62,982 nt of DNA from a virus. The stretch lies in IMG/VR virus record IMGVR_UViG_3300017978_000296, positions 1 through 62,982 of that record. One strand, 5' to 3'. Shown here piece after piece: positions 52,736 through 61,717 of this stretch. The position numbers and the translations under genes were made by a program. Numbering within the stretch: position 1 is the first letter of the stretch; every line of letters begins with the position of its first letter. The notes under the pieces are model-generated. The model searched no databases, was not told the origin of the DNA, and worked only from the letters and a program-made list of their open reading frames with translations.

Positions 52736-53128
52736 TTAGCTTGTGCTAGGGGGTACCGGCCAAACAATGTTTGTCGGGTCTGGCTGGGTCGTGACATCCC
52801 GCAGCGCCTGGCGGTACTCAGCCCATGCGGCCTTGGTGGTCAGAGGCACATCGGGCAGTTGGGTCCAGTCGGTCGGAGCAAGGAGTGCGTCGCGCCGGGC
52901 GCGGATAACCGGCCACACCACCCCATCAGGCAGGGGCTCGACCGTGAATGTCACGTCCATCACGTCGCTGGGCACCGGCAGCGAGGGCACCGCCCTGAAC
53001 AGACTGTCGTCGTGCGCTGGTGGGTTGTAGTTGACGATGCGCTCGCCCTCCCCCACGCGCATGAACGGGGTGGGTTTGGGCACCACCATCTTGATGGTGC
53101 CGTCAGGGTTCAGGAAGGCGTATGGCAT
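52736..53128 (-). CDS. Tail-fibre assembly (Tfa-like) chaperone, 130 aa
   Basis: Track ORF trimmed from a TTG start to ATG 53128. RRDALLAPTDWTQLPDVPL...AWAEYRQALRDVTTQPDP..IVWP is the classic Tfa C-terminal motif. Confidence 0.75.
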   Translation of the reverse strand: MPYAFLNPDGTIKMVVPKPTPFMRVGEGERIVNYNPPAHDDSLFRAVPSLPVPSDVMDVTFTVEPLPDGVVWPVIRARRDALLAPTDWTQLPDVPLTTKAAWAEYRQALRDVTTQPDPTNIVWPVPPSTS

Positions 53129-53141
53129 GTTATTTACACAC

Positions 53142-54494
53142 TCAGGCAATGGCCGGTTGAATTGGTATCACCTTGCGAGCTGCCGGGCGCACTGAATCCG
53201 GCCTGGAGCCGAAGATGTCCTTGCGGTCCTCCCGGAAGTCGCCCTCAATGTACAGAGGGATGCACCCAGTCAAGAACTCAATGCCAGCCGCGAAGACCGG
53301 CACGGCGTCGGAGTACGCGTTGTCACAAGACAGACCCCACAGCGGGCCTTCCAGAAACATGCACGAGCCCTGGCAGATTTGGAGCACTGGGCAGCTTGGA
53401 CAGTCCTTGCGATGACTCCAGTGGGTCGCCGTCTTGAGCTTGACGTTCTCGAAATCGGAGACGTGCCCGATCCGATGGGCTTCGCCATTGAACGCTGTGC
53501 TGGCAGCGCTGACGTTCTGGCAGGTCAAGACGTTGCCTCGCAGGTCAACAGCGATGTTGTCGTCCCTGTCCATGCCGCATTTCTGGCCCAGGCTCGACGC
53601 GGCTCGCCCGGTCTTGATTGAGTTCACGAACGACGCAACTTTGTTCTGTATAGCGCCTACGTTTGTCGCTTGCCCGGTGCGAATCTCGTGGAACGCCAAT
53701 CTGCGAAACGAGAGCATCTCCTCCGGATGCAACGACTGCGCAGCACCACCCTCGTCATACGCGTCAACAAAGCCGCCCTCGCCAATCGGCACATTGGGGT
53801 CTCCCGTCAACTCAACGAAGAACCGCTGGATCGCGGCACGCGAAACGTTGGAGCGGTTGACCATTGCGTTGAAGCTGATCCGCTTCTTTGGCGCGAGGCG
53901 CAGGTACAGGTCCATGATCGCAGCGCGTTTGTCTGGGTCTTGCAGTGGGTCCGGCCCGCGCACATGCTGACCAGGACCGTCGTGCGAAATCCCAACACTG
54001 AAACCCATCTCATCAAGCCACTGGTTGATTTCCGGGCTGAGCAGCGATCCATTTGTAATGACTTGCAGCTCTACCCCTGGGTACTTAGCCTTCACCGCAT
54101 CCGCCAGCGGGCGCAAAGTCTTGATGTACACGAACGGCTCACCGCCCCAAAACTCTACTCTCTCCGGTGGAGTGGTCACCCAGGAGTCAAGCCCGCGGAT
54201 AAAGTCGGACACATCGCCAGGATTGGTCTCATCCGCCCGAGGAACAAAACGCTGCGAGCAGTACTCGCACTCGTAGTTGCACGACAACCCAAGACTGATC
54301 TTCAAGACGCGTGGGCTGGACTTTCCTAGCGGTGTCTCGAGAGACACCGCCGGGGCGGCGGAAGTCTCCGCAGCGCTTACCCGTGGCCCGATTGGCCTGC
54401 CCTCAGAGTCTGATAGCTGGCTTGTTTGGTTGTCGTAGCGCATCTGAACGTTCGAGCCGTCCGGTGCGCGAGCGTAGATCGTAAACGTCGCCAT
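53142..54494 (-). CDS. Radical SAM enzyme with a C-terminal SPASM domain, 450 aa
   Basis: Track ORF. CNYECEYC (CX3CX2C) lies at nt 54258-54281, with a GGEP motif. The SPASM signature is C-x13-G-x4-C ... CPSCPVLQICQGSC ... C (nt ~53325-53579). A ~60-aa N-terminal extension is present. Confidence 0.9.
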   Translation of the reverse strand: MATFTIYARAPDGSNVQMRYDNQTSQLSDSEGRPIGPRVSAAETSAAPAVSLETPLGKSSPRVLKISLGLSCNYECEYCSQRFVPRADETNPGDVSDFIRGLDSWVTTPPERVEFWGGEPFVYIKTLRPLADAVKAKYPGVELQVITNGSLLSPEINQWLDEMGFSVGISHDGPGQHVRGPDPLQDPDKRAAIMDLYLRLAPKKRISFNAMVNRSNVSRAAIQRFFVELTGDPNVPIGEGGFVDAYDEGGAAQSLHPEEMLSFRRLAFHEIRTGQATNVGAIQNKVASFVNSIKTGRAASSLGQKCGMDRDDNIAVDLRGNVLTCQNVSAASTAFNGEAHRIGHVSDFENVKLKTATHWSHRKDCPSCPVLQICQGSCMFLEGPLWGLSCDNAYSDAVPVFAAGIEFLTGCIPLYIEGDFREDRKDIFGSRPDSVRPAARKVIPIQPAIA

Positions 54495-55180
54495 CAGGCG
54501 CTCCCGCTGCGCTTGGCGAAGTAGGCCAACTGTCGGTCGCGCAACGCTTTCTTGAAGTCACCAATGCTGTCTACAACGTCGTCAGCGGAGCGGCCCTCGT
54601 TAGCGCCGCACTCGGCCAGGAGTTGTTGCAGCTTCCCCGCCAGCGGAATGGACTGCCCGGCGGGCACAAGTGCGGTCAGTTGCAGCACCATGTCAGTCAG
54701 GAGGTCGACTTGCTTCTCCAACGAAGACAGGCTGTCTAGCGGATTAACATCGCGCACCAGGTCCATCTTGGCCGCGTTTCTCCTGCGGACAGCGCTCGCG
54801 GACGGGTACACTTCCGCGGCCATCTCTCCTGGGGTCGCAAGCGTCACCTCGACGAAGTCTTCAATATCGGTGGCGCAGGGGACTTGCACAACCAACACGG
54901 CTTCATCGGGCGTCGCCCCGAAGTAGACGCTCGCCACTTGCTTTTCGAGTTCCATCTGCCGCATGACGGCTTGCCAATCACGCGCATCGACGTAGGCGGC
55001 CTGGCTTACAAGCACCAGTTCGCCCCGCTTGACATACACGTACTGCATCTCGCTGGCGCGAAAAAGCGTGCCGTCCACGACAAGCGAAGACTCGCCGAGC
55101 TTTAACAGGTATCCATCACCAGTGCGCTCAACAGAGCAGACCGGCGCATCGTTTGAATGAGAAACAAGTGCGATTTTCAT
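54494..55180 (-). CDS. Hypothetical protein, 228 aa, partner of the radical SAM enzyme
   Basis: Track ORF with ATGA overlap upstream and TGATG overlap downstream. No recognisable motif. Confidence 0.75.
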   Translation of the reverse strand: MKIALVSHSNDAPVCSVERTGDGYLLKLGESSLVVDGTLFRASEMQYVYVKRGELVLVSQAAYVDARDWQAVMRQMELEKQVASVYFGATPDEAVLVVQVPCATDIEDFVEVTLATPGEMAAEVYPSASAVRRRNAAKMDLVRDVNPLDSLSSLEKQVDLLTDMVLQLTALVPAGQSIPLAGKLQQLLAECGANEGRSADDVVDSIGDFKKALRDRQLAYFAKRSGSA

Positions 55181-55752
55181 TGTGACTCCACCATCATTGT
55201 GAAATGAATTTCAACCCCCGGCCTTTCGCCTTTATAGGGGAAAACGTAATGCGGGATGTACGACGGGTGCACGACCAGTGAACCCGGGAAGGGCTCATAC
55301 ATCTTGCTGCGCGACGGCTCCCACGGCAGCTTCTTGAAGCCAAACACGCCGGATGGATTCTGCAAACAGAAGATTCCGGAGTAGTCGGCTTGGTCTGGGT
55401 CAGCAATGCACGACCAGTCCAACCAAAGGAGCGCTGACAAGTCAGACGCACCCTCAACGTGGGTCGGCAAGTGTTGGCCGTTCAGAAAGATCGACTCCCG
55501 ACCAATCAGCTCAGTGATCTTGACTTTGTATGCCTCCTCAGTCAGCAGGCGCACGCGCTCAAAGATCGGTCCGTAGATTTCAGGGTAAAGCACGTCCAGG
55601 CTGGTCTTGACCGGCCTCGAGTACGGCACCCGAAACGGGTTGAGCTGTAGGTCTGCTTCAATCGCAGCAGCACTGGCCGCTGCAATCTCTGCATCGGAAA
55701 GCAGACCGTCAAACCTGGCTACGGTCACCGGAAAAATCTGTTCGACCAACAT
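55177..55752 (-). CDS. Cupin/2OG-Fe(II)-oxygenase-like protein, 191 aa
   Basis: Track ORF. The layout IFLNGQHLPTHVEG ... PFPGSLVVHPSYIPHYV ... ERPGVEIHF resembles phage 2OG-Fe(II) oxygenase-superfamily proteins. This is a motif-level resemblance only. Confidence 0.6.
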   Translation of the reverse strand: MLVEQIFPVTVARFDGLLSDAEIAAASAAAIEADLQLNPFRVPYSRPVKTSLDVLYPEIYGPIFERVRLLTEEAYKVKITELIGRESIFLNGQHLPTHVEGASDLSALLWLDWSCIADPDQADYSGIFCLQNPSGVFGFKKLPWEPSRSKMYEPFPGSLVVHPSYIPHYVFPYKGERPGVEIHFTMMVESQ

Positions 55753-55759
55753 GCGCCCC

Positions 55760-56080
55760 TTAGCACTCGCAAGCGCATGCGCAGTTCGTGAACGTGTACA
55801 CCATACGGACAGTGTTCCCGTTCGGCTTGTCGATGTAATCGTTGTTTGGGGTGCGCACGTTTCCGCAGTTACCGTTGACGTTGGTTGCAGCAGTTATCTC
55901 ATTGCTTTTAGCGCCGAAGCGGTCGTGCAGCCAGCCGTAGTTGGGGGTCCACACTTGTCCGTTGTTGTTGACGTACATGTCCCAACCGCCTCCGGTGTTC
56001 AGGAATCCGAGGTTGGTGCCGTCGCCATGCACCCAGCGGTTGTTCACTAAGACGCGGTCGCCTTCAAGTCTGGTTGGCAT
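55760..56080 (-). CDS. G/N/W-rich 106-aa protein ending in CACACEC (candidate modified fibre-tip protein or precursor)
   Basis: Track ORF. Its ATG lies 1 nt after the fibre-2 stop. The C terminus ...MVYTFTNCACACEC was verified on the DNA. An AAGGGG RBS for the next gene follows 7 nt later. Confidence 0.75.
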   Translation of the reverse strand: MPTRLEGDRVLVNNRWVHGDGTNLGFLNTGGGWDMYVNNNGQVWTPNYGWLHDRFGAKSNEITAATNVNGNCGNVRTPNNDYIDKPNGNTVRMVYTFTNCACACEC

Positions 56081-56081
56081 A

Positions 56082-57242
56082 TCAAGCCCCTTTCAGTTCG
56101 TTTAGTTCGCGGCGCAGCGAAACCACTTCGCTCGCCAATTTGATCGCCGCCACAAGCGCAGCGTTTCCGTAGGCCACCGAGAGCATCCCGTCCGTACCTT
56201 CGCGGACCACGGGTGAGAGCAGTGCCCTCATCGCTTGGGCGCTCACACCGGCTTGCGTCTCACCCGTGTCCTTGCGGTCATAGATGCCCATCTTCACCTC
56301 AGCCAAACGCTCGAGGAAGTCGAGTGGCAGATCGCGCCAGTTCTGTTTAAGCCGCTCGTCCGAGTTGGCGGTCACGTTGCCTGTTGCAGTAAAGTCGCCA
56401 ACGGTATTCAGGTTTCCTGCGGTGGTTGTGTTCCCACCCGTGTCCACGGAGAGTAGTGTCTTGAACCAGTCACCCGCTCCATTTGTCTGCGCCAGTGCGA
56501 TTCGGTTGTCGGCCTGTATCACCAAGCCATAGCCAACCACGCCGGGCTTCACGACCTCATACATCGCGTCGTTACTCGACGATGTGATCCGCATGCCGAC
56601 GCGAGCCGTGGACAGGATGGTGTTCGATGTGCTGACCGCGGCTGCGGTCGTAGCCGTCGCCGCGTTGCCAGAGATGCTGATGCCCCAGGTGCCAGTGGCC
56701 CCGGTGCCGTTCAACGGTGCCGCGCCGATGGTGTTGTGCGATACCGTGATAGCCGAGCCGCCGTTGAACACGACGCCACTGGCGGCACCAGAGCCCGCGT
56801 TGTTGAACGTGACGTTGTTGTTCAGGTTGACCGAGATGTTGGCCGAGCCGTTGAAGCTCACGCCGTTGATGTTGCGGGCCGTGGCCAGCACTGTGGCCGA
56901 GCCTGCGTTGCCCGCGATGTTGCCGCTGATCTTGGCACCAGCAAGCGTTGTGATCCACGCAGGGTCGGAGTACGCACCTGTCGTGACCACGCCGTTGGTC
57001 ACGGTGCCTGCGTTGCCGGTGATGCTGATCGCGTAAGTCGCAGCCAGATCGACCCACGAGGAGCCATTCCATCTCTGCCACTTGGTCGCCGCGCCGGAGT
57101 ACCGGATCGTGTTGGTCGGGACGTTGGTCGCGGTAGTAAACGCGGGGTCCAGGCCTACCGCCAGGTCGTCGAAACGCGCATCCAGCTCCGAGACGAAGTT
57201 GGCGTACGTGCTGGTTGTTAGCGGTCTACTGTGGTCAGCCAT
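56082..57242 (-). CDS. Tail fibre 2 (386 aa) with a C-terminal S74-type intramolecular chaperone
   Basis: Track ORF. SDERLKQNW...AYGNAALVAAIKLASEV spans nt 56082-56363. The junction GDFTATGNVTANSDERLK is nearly identical to that of fibre 1. Confidence 0.9.
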   Translation of the reverse strand: MADHSRPLTTSTYANFVSELDARFDDLAVGLDPAFTTATNVPTNTIRYSGAATKWQRWNGSSWVDLAATYAISITGNAGTVTNGVVTTGAYSDPAWITTLAGAKISGNIAGNAGSATVLATARNINGVSFNGSANISVNLNNNVTFNNAGSGAASGVVFNGGSAITVSHNTIGAAPLNGTGATGTWGISISGNAATATTAAAVSTSNTILSTARVGMRITSSSNDAMYEVVKPGVVGYGLVIQADNRIALAQTNGAGDWFKTLLSVDTGGNTTTAGNLNTVGDFTATGNVTANSDERLKQNWRDLPLDFLERLAEVKMGIYDRKDTGETQAGVSAQAMRALLSPVVREGTDGMLSVAYGNAALVAAIKLASEVVSLRRELNELKGA

Positions 57243-57243
57243 G

Positions 57244-59331
57244 TCAATACCCTCGGACTGAGTAACTCACAGTACCGGACACCCGAGTACCAGAACTGTT
57301 GAACAACAGGACCCGGAAACTCAAAGGATCGAATGAGTCTGTGAAGTCGTAAATGGCGTACAAAGGCGTTGTGCCCTGTGCTGCCACCGTGATGGATTCT
57401 ACGTCAATAAACGTTTTTGGCCCAGTGCTTGTGCGGTCCTCTGTTAGGAACACAGTGGTCCCTCCAGAGTCGGAGGCACTCGCAAACACAGCGCCTGCCT
57501 GGTTCTTGAGCTTAGTGTCCAGCTTGATCGCCAAGTTAGACAGTTGTGCCACACCTTGGTCGTTCGTCGCGGTCACGTTAACTCGCACCTTAACGTAGCG
57601 GAAGTTGATGCCGTAGCCCTGATCGCCGGTAAACACCTGCACATTCGATGTGAACGCAGCGTCCAAGGCGACCGTGACTGTGACGGAAGACGAGACCGAC
57701 CCGGCTACCGGGGTAAGCAGGTACGCCACCGTGACTTTCATCGCCGCGAGCGTCGCGCCGTAGTCGAAGACTTCCTCGTAGAACCCGTTCGTCGCACCTG
57801 GCTGGATGAAGACCGGATACCCGGCGCTCACCTGTGCCGAGGGGCTCGCCCACCCGCGAGTCGAGAAGTGCGCATCCCAGGTCTCGGTCGTGTTGACCGG
57901 TATCACCAAAACTCCATCGTCGATCACGGCGTTGGACTTCGTGCCCGAGAACGTCGAGCTGAAGTTCGTCGCCAGGACGTAGTCTGGCGGCTGGTTGACG
58001 GTCGCGCTTGTGCTGACCGGGGTGCCGTAGTTGCCCGCCGTGTCGATGGCGGCCAGCCAGTAGGTGAACACCGACTGGGTCGGAGGGGCCTCGAACACGG
58101 TGGTAAACCCACCGTCCTTGCGTCCGATGTCCTCCGCCGTCGCCCACACGGGCCCACGTCGCAGGTCGTACGTCGCAATGGGCAGCGAGCCCGGCGTATT
58201 GCCCCATCGGAACAGGACGTTGTTGTCGATCACCTCGGTTGTGAGGCCTACCACGGAACCCGTGGCGATCTGGATAGGCACAGAACGAACTGCACCGGCG
58301 TTGCCCGCGGAGTCGATGGCCCGCACCAGGAGTGTCTTGTTCAGCCAGGTGACCTTGGTGCGAAACACTGTGGCGTACAGCGTGGCCAGCAGCGTGCCAG
58401 CGGAGACTGTCGTGTCGTAGACCTCGTAGCGATCCACGGGCAGCGACCCGGCGGGCGGCGTCCATGTGAGCACCACCTGTTCGCCGTTGAAGGACACCTG
58501 AGCTTGCGGAGCCGAGGCGTTGGCTACCGTGACCGTGATGTTGGTGTTCGGCCCGCGATTGCCGTTGATGTCGATGGCCGCCAGGCGGAACTGTCGCGCA
58601 CCAGTCCATGTAGCCTTGAACCGATAGGAGTTGCCCGACACCAAGTCGAACGGCACCCACGCGCCATCGAGGTACTCGACCGCGTACAAAGACACCGCCA
58701 GGTTGCTGTTGGGGGTGGGCCAGAACAGCTCGACGTCAGGGCCGACAAAGATCGAGCTCACCGCCATCGAGCCTGGGCCGAGGTTCGTGCTTGCGCCGTT
58801 GACGTCGTTGAATGGTCCAGCCAGGAAGTTGTACGCGACGTCCCTGATCCAGTAGTAGTACGCGACGCCAGGGTCTGGCAGCCCGTCGGTGAACGAGTTG
58901 CCGGATGTCGAACCGATCTTCTCGGCGCGGCTCAAGTTGTTCTCGGTGGCCCGCCAGATTTCAGTCTCGGCGTACTGATCGAACGTGCTGGTGTCCCAGC
59001 CCAGGATCGTGTTGGTCTTGTCAGTCGTCACCACCAGGTTCGTCGGTGGGGGTGGCGCGGTGTCCGAGGTAATCCAGTCCGGCATCGTGAACTGAACCAG
59101 CCCCAGGAGCTGCTCGGCGGTGTACTGCTTGCCGCCGATGGTCGTGACACCCTCTTTGATCTTGAGGAGCCCAGTGTCGATCAGGTCGCGGAACGTGGGC
59201 GCTGCGTCCAAGGCACTGCCTCGCTGGCGCAGGCGGACTTCCAGGTTCTCCTTGATGGAGGACAGGAACTGTCGGAGTTGCGGGTCGACGTTGACCGGCA
59301 GCGATGGGATGGAGCTGGGTGCGGAACTCAT
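57244..59331 (-). CDS. Tail structural protein with repeated Ig/FN3-like beta domains, 695 aa
   Basis: Track ORF, coupled to its neighbours. The repeated pattern is V.W.PP.....V..Y. Confidence 0.8.
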   Translation of the reverse strand: MSSAPSSIPSLPVNVDPQLRQFLSSIKENLEVRLRQRGSALDAAPTFRDLIDTGLLKIKEGVTTIGGKQYTAEQLLGLVQFTMPDWITSDTAPPPPTNLVVTTDKTNTILGWDTSTFDQYAETEIWRATENNLSRAEKIGSTSGNSFTDGLPDPGVAYYYWIRDVAYNFLAGPFNDVNGASTNLGPGSMAVSSIFVGPDVELFWPTPNSNLAVSLYAVEYLDGAWVPFDLVSGNSYRFKATWTGARQFRLAAIDINGNRGPNTNITVTVANASAPQAQVSFNGEQVVLTWTPPAGSLPVDRYEVYDTTVSAGTLLATLYATVFRTKVTWLNKTLLVRAIDSAGNAGAVRSVPIQIATGSVVGLTTEVIDNNVLFRWGNTPGSLPIATYDLRRGPVWATAEDIGRKDGGFTTVFEAPPTQSVFTYWLAAIDTAGNYGTPVSTSATVNQPPDYVLATNFSSTFSGTKSNAVIDDGVLVIPVNTTETWDAHFSTRGWASPSAQVSAGYPVFIQPGATNGFYEEVFDYGATLAAMKVTVAYLLTPVAGSVSSSVTVTVALDAAFTSNVQVFTGDQGYGINFRYVKVRVNVTATNDQGVAQLSNLAIKLDTKLKNQAGAVFASASDSGGTTVFLTEDRTSTGPKTFIDVESITVAAQGTTPLYAIYDFTDSFDPLSFRVLLFNSSGTRVSGTVSYSVRGY

Positions 59332-60974
59332 AAGCCTTTGAGCTCCTGCGGGCTGGAGGCCACGTTGACGGACAGAATCTCCGCAGACCCAGCCACCTCC
59401 ACCTCAACGAAGCGGCACTTGTACCCGCTGGGCAGCCAGAACGGATCGGCATTGGCCACCGTCTGTGTGTGCCGCAACACGCCATCGGCGAAGAGCCTGA
59501 ACGTAGCGGGGTAGGAGCGAGCCACCACCTGGGCGCAGCCTGGGTTGGTTGGCGTCGGGAGCTCGACGACGGCTGACTTCCATGTGTAGCTCTGAGGCGA
59601 CGCCCCAGCACCCCACTTGACGATGTTGGTGCCGACCTTCAGGTACAGCGCGTCTTGCAGCAGGTCCGCATAGCCAGCGGTAGCGTAGGTGTCGATGAAC
59701 GTGAAGGCCGCGTTGCCCTGGGCGGGGTCGAAGACGAAGCCTCGCTGCACCGCCCCGGTGTTGTAGAACCCGAAGTACCGACCGTCGTGGAAGTAGCCGT
59801 CGATGGACGACGGCACGAGCGCCTGCCACTCGTCGCGGGAGAAGAGCGGCGCAGTCACGTTGACCACCTGGCCGGAGGTAGACACCACAATCAGGCCGTC
59901 TGGCGAGGCGTACATGACGCCGCCATCCACCGCAGCAATCGAGCGCTTGGACACGCACGCCTGCGGGTTCTCGAGCTTTACCAGCGACAGCGCCGACGGG
60001 TCGGAGCCAGTCAGCAGGTACGGGTGCCCGGTCGTCAGGATCACCGCAGACGAGCCCACGGCCTTGCCGCCCACGATGGGGAAGTCGACCGCGAGCTGGT
60101 AGTCCAGCGGGTAGGCGTACGGAATGTAGGCCTCCGACGGGTAGATGTCGTAGTCCTTGAAGAGCAGCACGATGCCGTTGGCCATCTGCGTGATGCCGAA
60201 GACCCCGGCGGGTGGCGGGTTCCATGTGGCGCTCGGGATCACCTCGTCGAGTGCGGTGCTTGCGATGTTGTCGTCGTAGGTGCCCTGGGCAATCGGAATC
60301 TCATCGACGAGCTGGAACTCGGTCGTCAGGTTGCCCGACAGCGTGCGGTAGATGCGCTTGGCCGTGATGTAGCCCGCGTACCCCGTGGGCGCTGCGGTGG
60401 GCAGGTTGCTCAGCCGCACGGTCGAGCCAGTGGGCTTGAGCTCGATGATCGCGCTTGTGGGGCTTGGCGGACCCTCCTCACCCAACGACGTCACGAATGT
60501 GTAGCAGTAGATGCGGGTCTCGCTGGGCTCGTTCGTGGCACCGTTGACGGTCACGGTGTGCGATGGGGCGGTTAGCGGCACAGGCACGCCAAGCGGCACG
60601 GAGTTCCAAGGGTAGGAGCCCGAGCCGCCGGTGAGCGCCAGCGAGTTGTTGGTCTGCCGAACGCCAAGCGTCGGATGGGTGAAGAACGTGCGCTCGGTCT
60701 GGTCGCCGGAGATGGCACCCTTGACCACGTCGACATCGGCGGTCCAGTGGAACCAGTACTGCGTGTCGGACGTCAGGTCCTGCCCGAAGCGGTAGATCGT
60801 CGAGGGGTCACCCGCGGCAAGACCGGTGACGACGGTCAGTGGCTGCTTCCACGCGGCCAACGTCCCGGCGATCAAACGCACGTTGAGCGCCGTCTGGGCC
60901 ATACCTGGGCCGAGCTTGTTAGGCGCGACCCGTGGTGCGACCCCGGAGAATTGGTTAAGTGCGATAACAGCCAT
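59328..60974 (-). CDS. Tail structural (tubular/nozzle-like) protein, 548 aa
   Basis: Track ORF with ATGA overlap to the next gene. It is the first gene after the lysis cassette. Confidence 0.8.
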   Translation of the reverse strand: MAVIALNQFSGVAPRVAPNKLGPGMAQTALNVRLIAGTLAAWKQPLTVVTGLAAGDPSTIYRFGQDLTSDTQYWFHWTADVDVVKGAISGDQTERTFFTHPTLGVRQTNNSLALTGGSGSYPWNSVPLGVPVPLTAPSHTVTVNGATNEPSETRIYCYTFVTSLGEEGPPSPTSAIIELKPTGSTVRLSNLPTAAPTGYAGYITAKRIYRTLSGNLTTEFQLVDEIPIAQGTYDDNIASTALDEVIPSATWNPPPAGVFGITQMANGIVLLFKDYDIYPSEAYIPYAYPLDYQLAVDFPIVGGKAVGSSAVILTTGHPYLLTGSDPSALSLVKLENPQACVSKRSIAAVDGGVMYASPDGLIVVSTSGQVVNVTAPLFSRDEWQALVPSSIDGYFHDGRYFGFYNTGAVQRGFVFDPAQGNAAFTFIDTYATAGYADLLQDALYLKVGTNIVKWGAGASPQSYTWKSAVVELPTPTNPGCAQVVARSYPATFRLFADGVLRHTQTVANADPFWLPSGYKCRFVEVEVAGSAEILSVNVASSPQELKGL

Positions 60975-61012
60975 GGTCTTCCTTGCCTAGCGACTAACTG
61001 GATTGTAGTGGG

Positions 61013-61717
61013 TTAGGCGGAAATTGGGATGCCTATAGCCGCCAGAACTCGATCAAATCGCGCCCTGCGATCCGCCAGGCCAATCGTGCCGCCGTTGATC
61101 TTCTTGGTGAGCGCGATGAAGTCCTGCTCCAAGGTGGACCGTGTGCACTGCGCCCCGTCGATCAGCCTGTTGCACCCGTTGGAGTGCCAGAACCACGCAG
61201 CGGATCGGGCGGCTTCTCTCGGGCTTAGGAGCAGTTCAGGCTCGGCCACCAGATCGACGCCGAGGGCCGTGCTGCAACGGGCATGATTGTCTTTGCCGGT
61301 TAGCTGCTTCAGACCCCTGCCGCGGTACTTCCACCCTTCACCCGACTCGGTCGGGCCGTTGCCCATGCGGTTGGCGTACACGACGTTAGCGATTGCCTCA
61401 GGCTTGCGCTCGAGGGCCTGCGCGAACTTGTTTGGGACCAGGGCACCTTTGGCATCACGCGTGGGTTTGCCGTCTGGGCCAAGCACGGCGAATCGCCTGG
61501 GCCAGCACGCGGCCATCGTGGCTGCGCGGTAGTTCAGGTTCTCCTCGAGCATGGTGTAGCCGCCCGATTCGTGGGCGGTCTGCGCCAGCCAACCGGCGAT
61601 AGCCCTCGGGCTGTCGATGTTGAACTCGGCAAGCGCCGAGGCAACGTGGGGCAGCCAACGCTCTGCGACATCACGCTTGATGCCAGCGGCGATCAGGTGT
61701 TCGAGTTGAGGCGTCAT
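61013..61717 (-). CDS. GH19 (chitinase-class) endolysin, 234 aa
   Basis: Track ORF. Diagnostic motifs are AQTAHESGGYTMLEENLNY and GRGLKQLTG. Confidence 0.85.
   Translation of the reverse strand: MTPQLEHLIAAGIKRDVAERWLPHVASALAEFNIDSPRAIAGWLAQTAHESGGYTMLEENLNYRAATMAACWPRRFAVLGPDGKPTRDAKGALVPNKFAQALERKPEAIANVVYANRMGNGPTESGEGWKYRGRGLKQLTGKDNHARCSTALGVDLVAEPELLLSPREAARSAAWFWHSNGCNRLIDGAQCTRSTLEQDFIALTKKINGGTIGLADRRARFDRVLAAIGIPISA

Noticed and set aside
53128-53149. TTG start (53149) of the Tfa-like gene overlapping the radical SAM stop
   Set aside because: The codon at 53149 is TTG. The first ATG (53128) removes only seven residues (MPECVNN). Either start is possible, but ATG was preferred, and the start remains uncertain.
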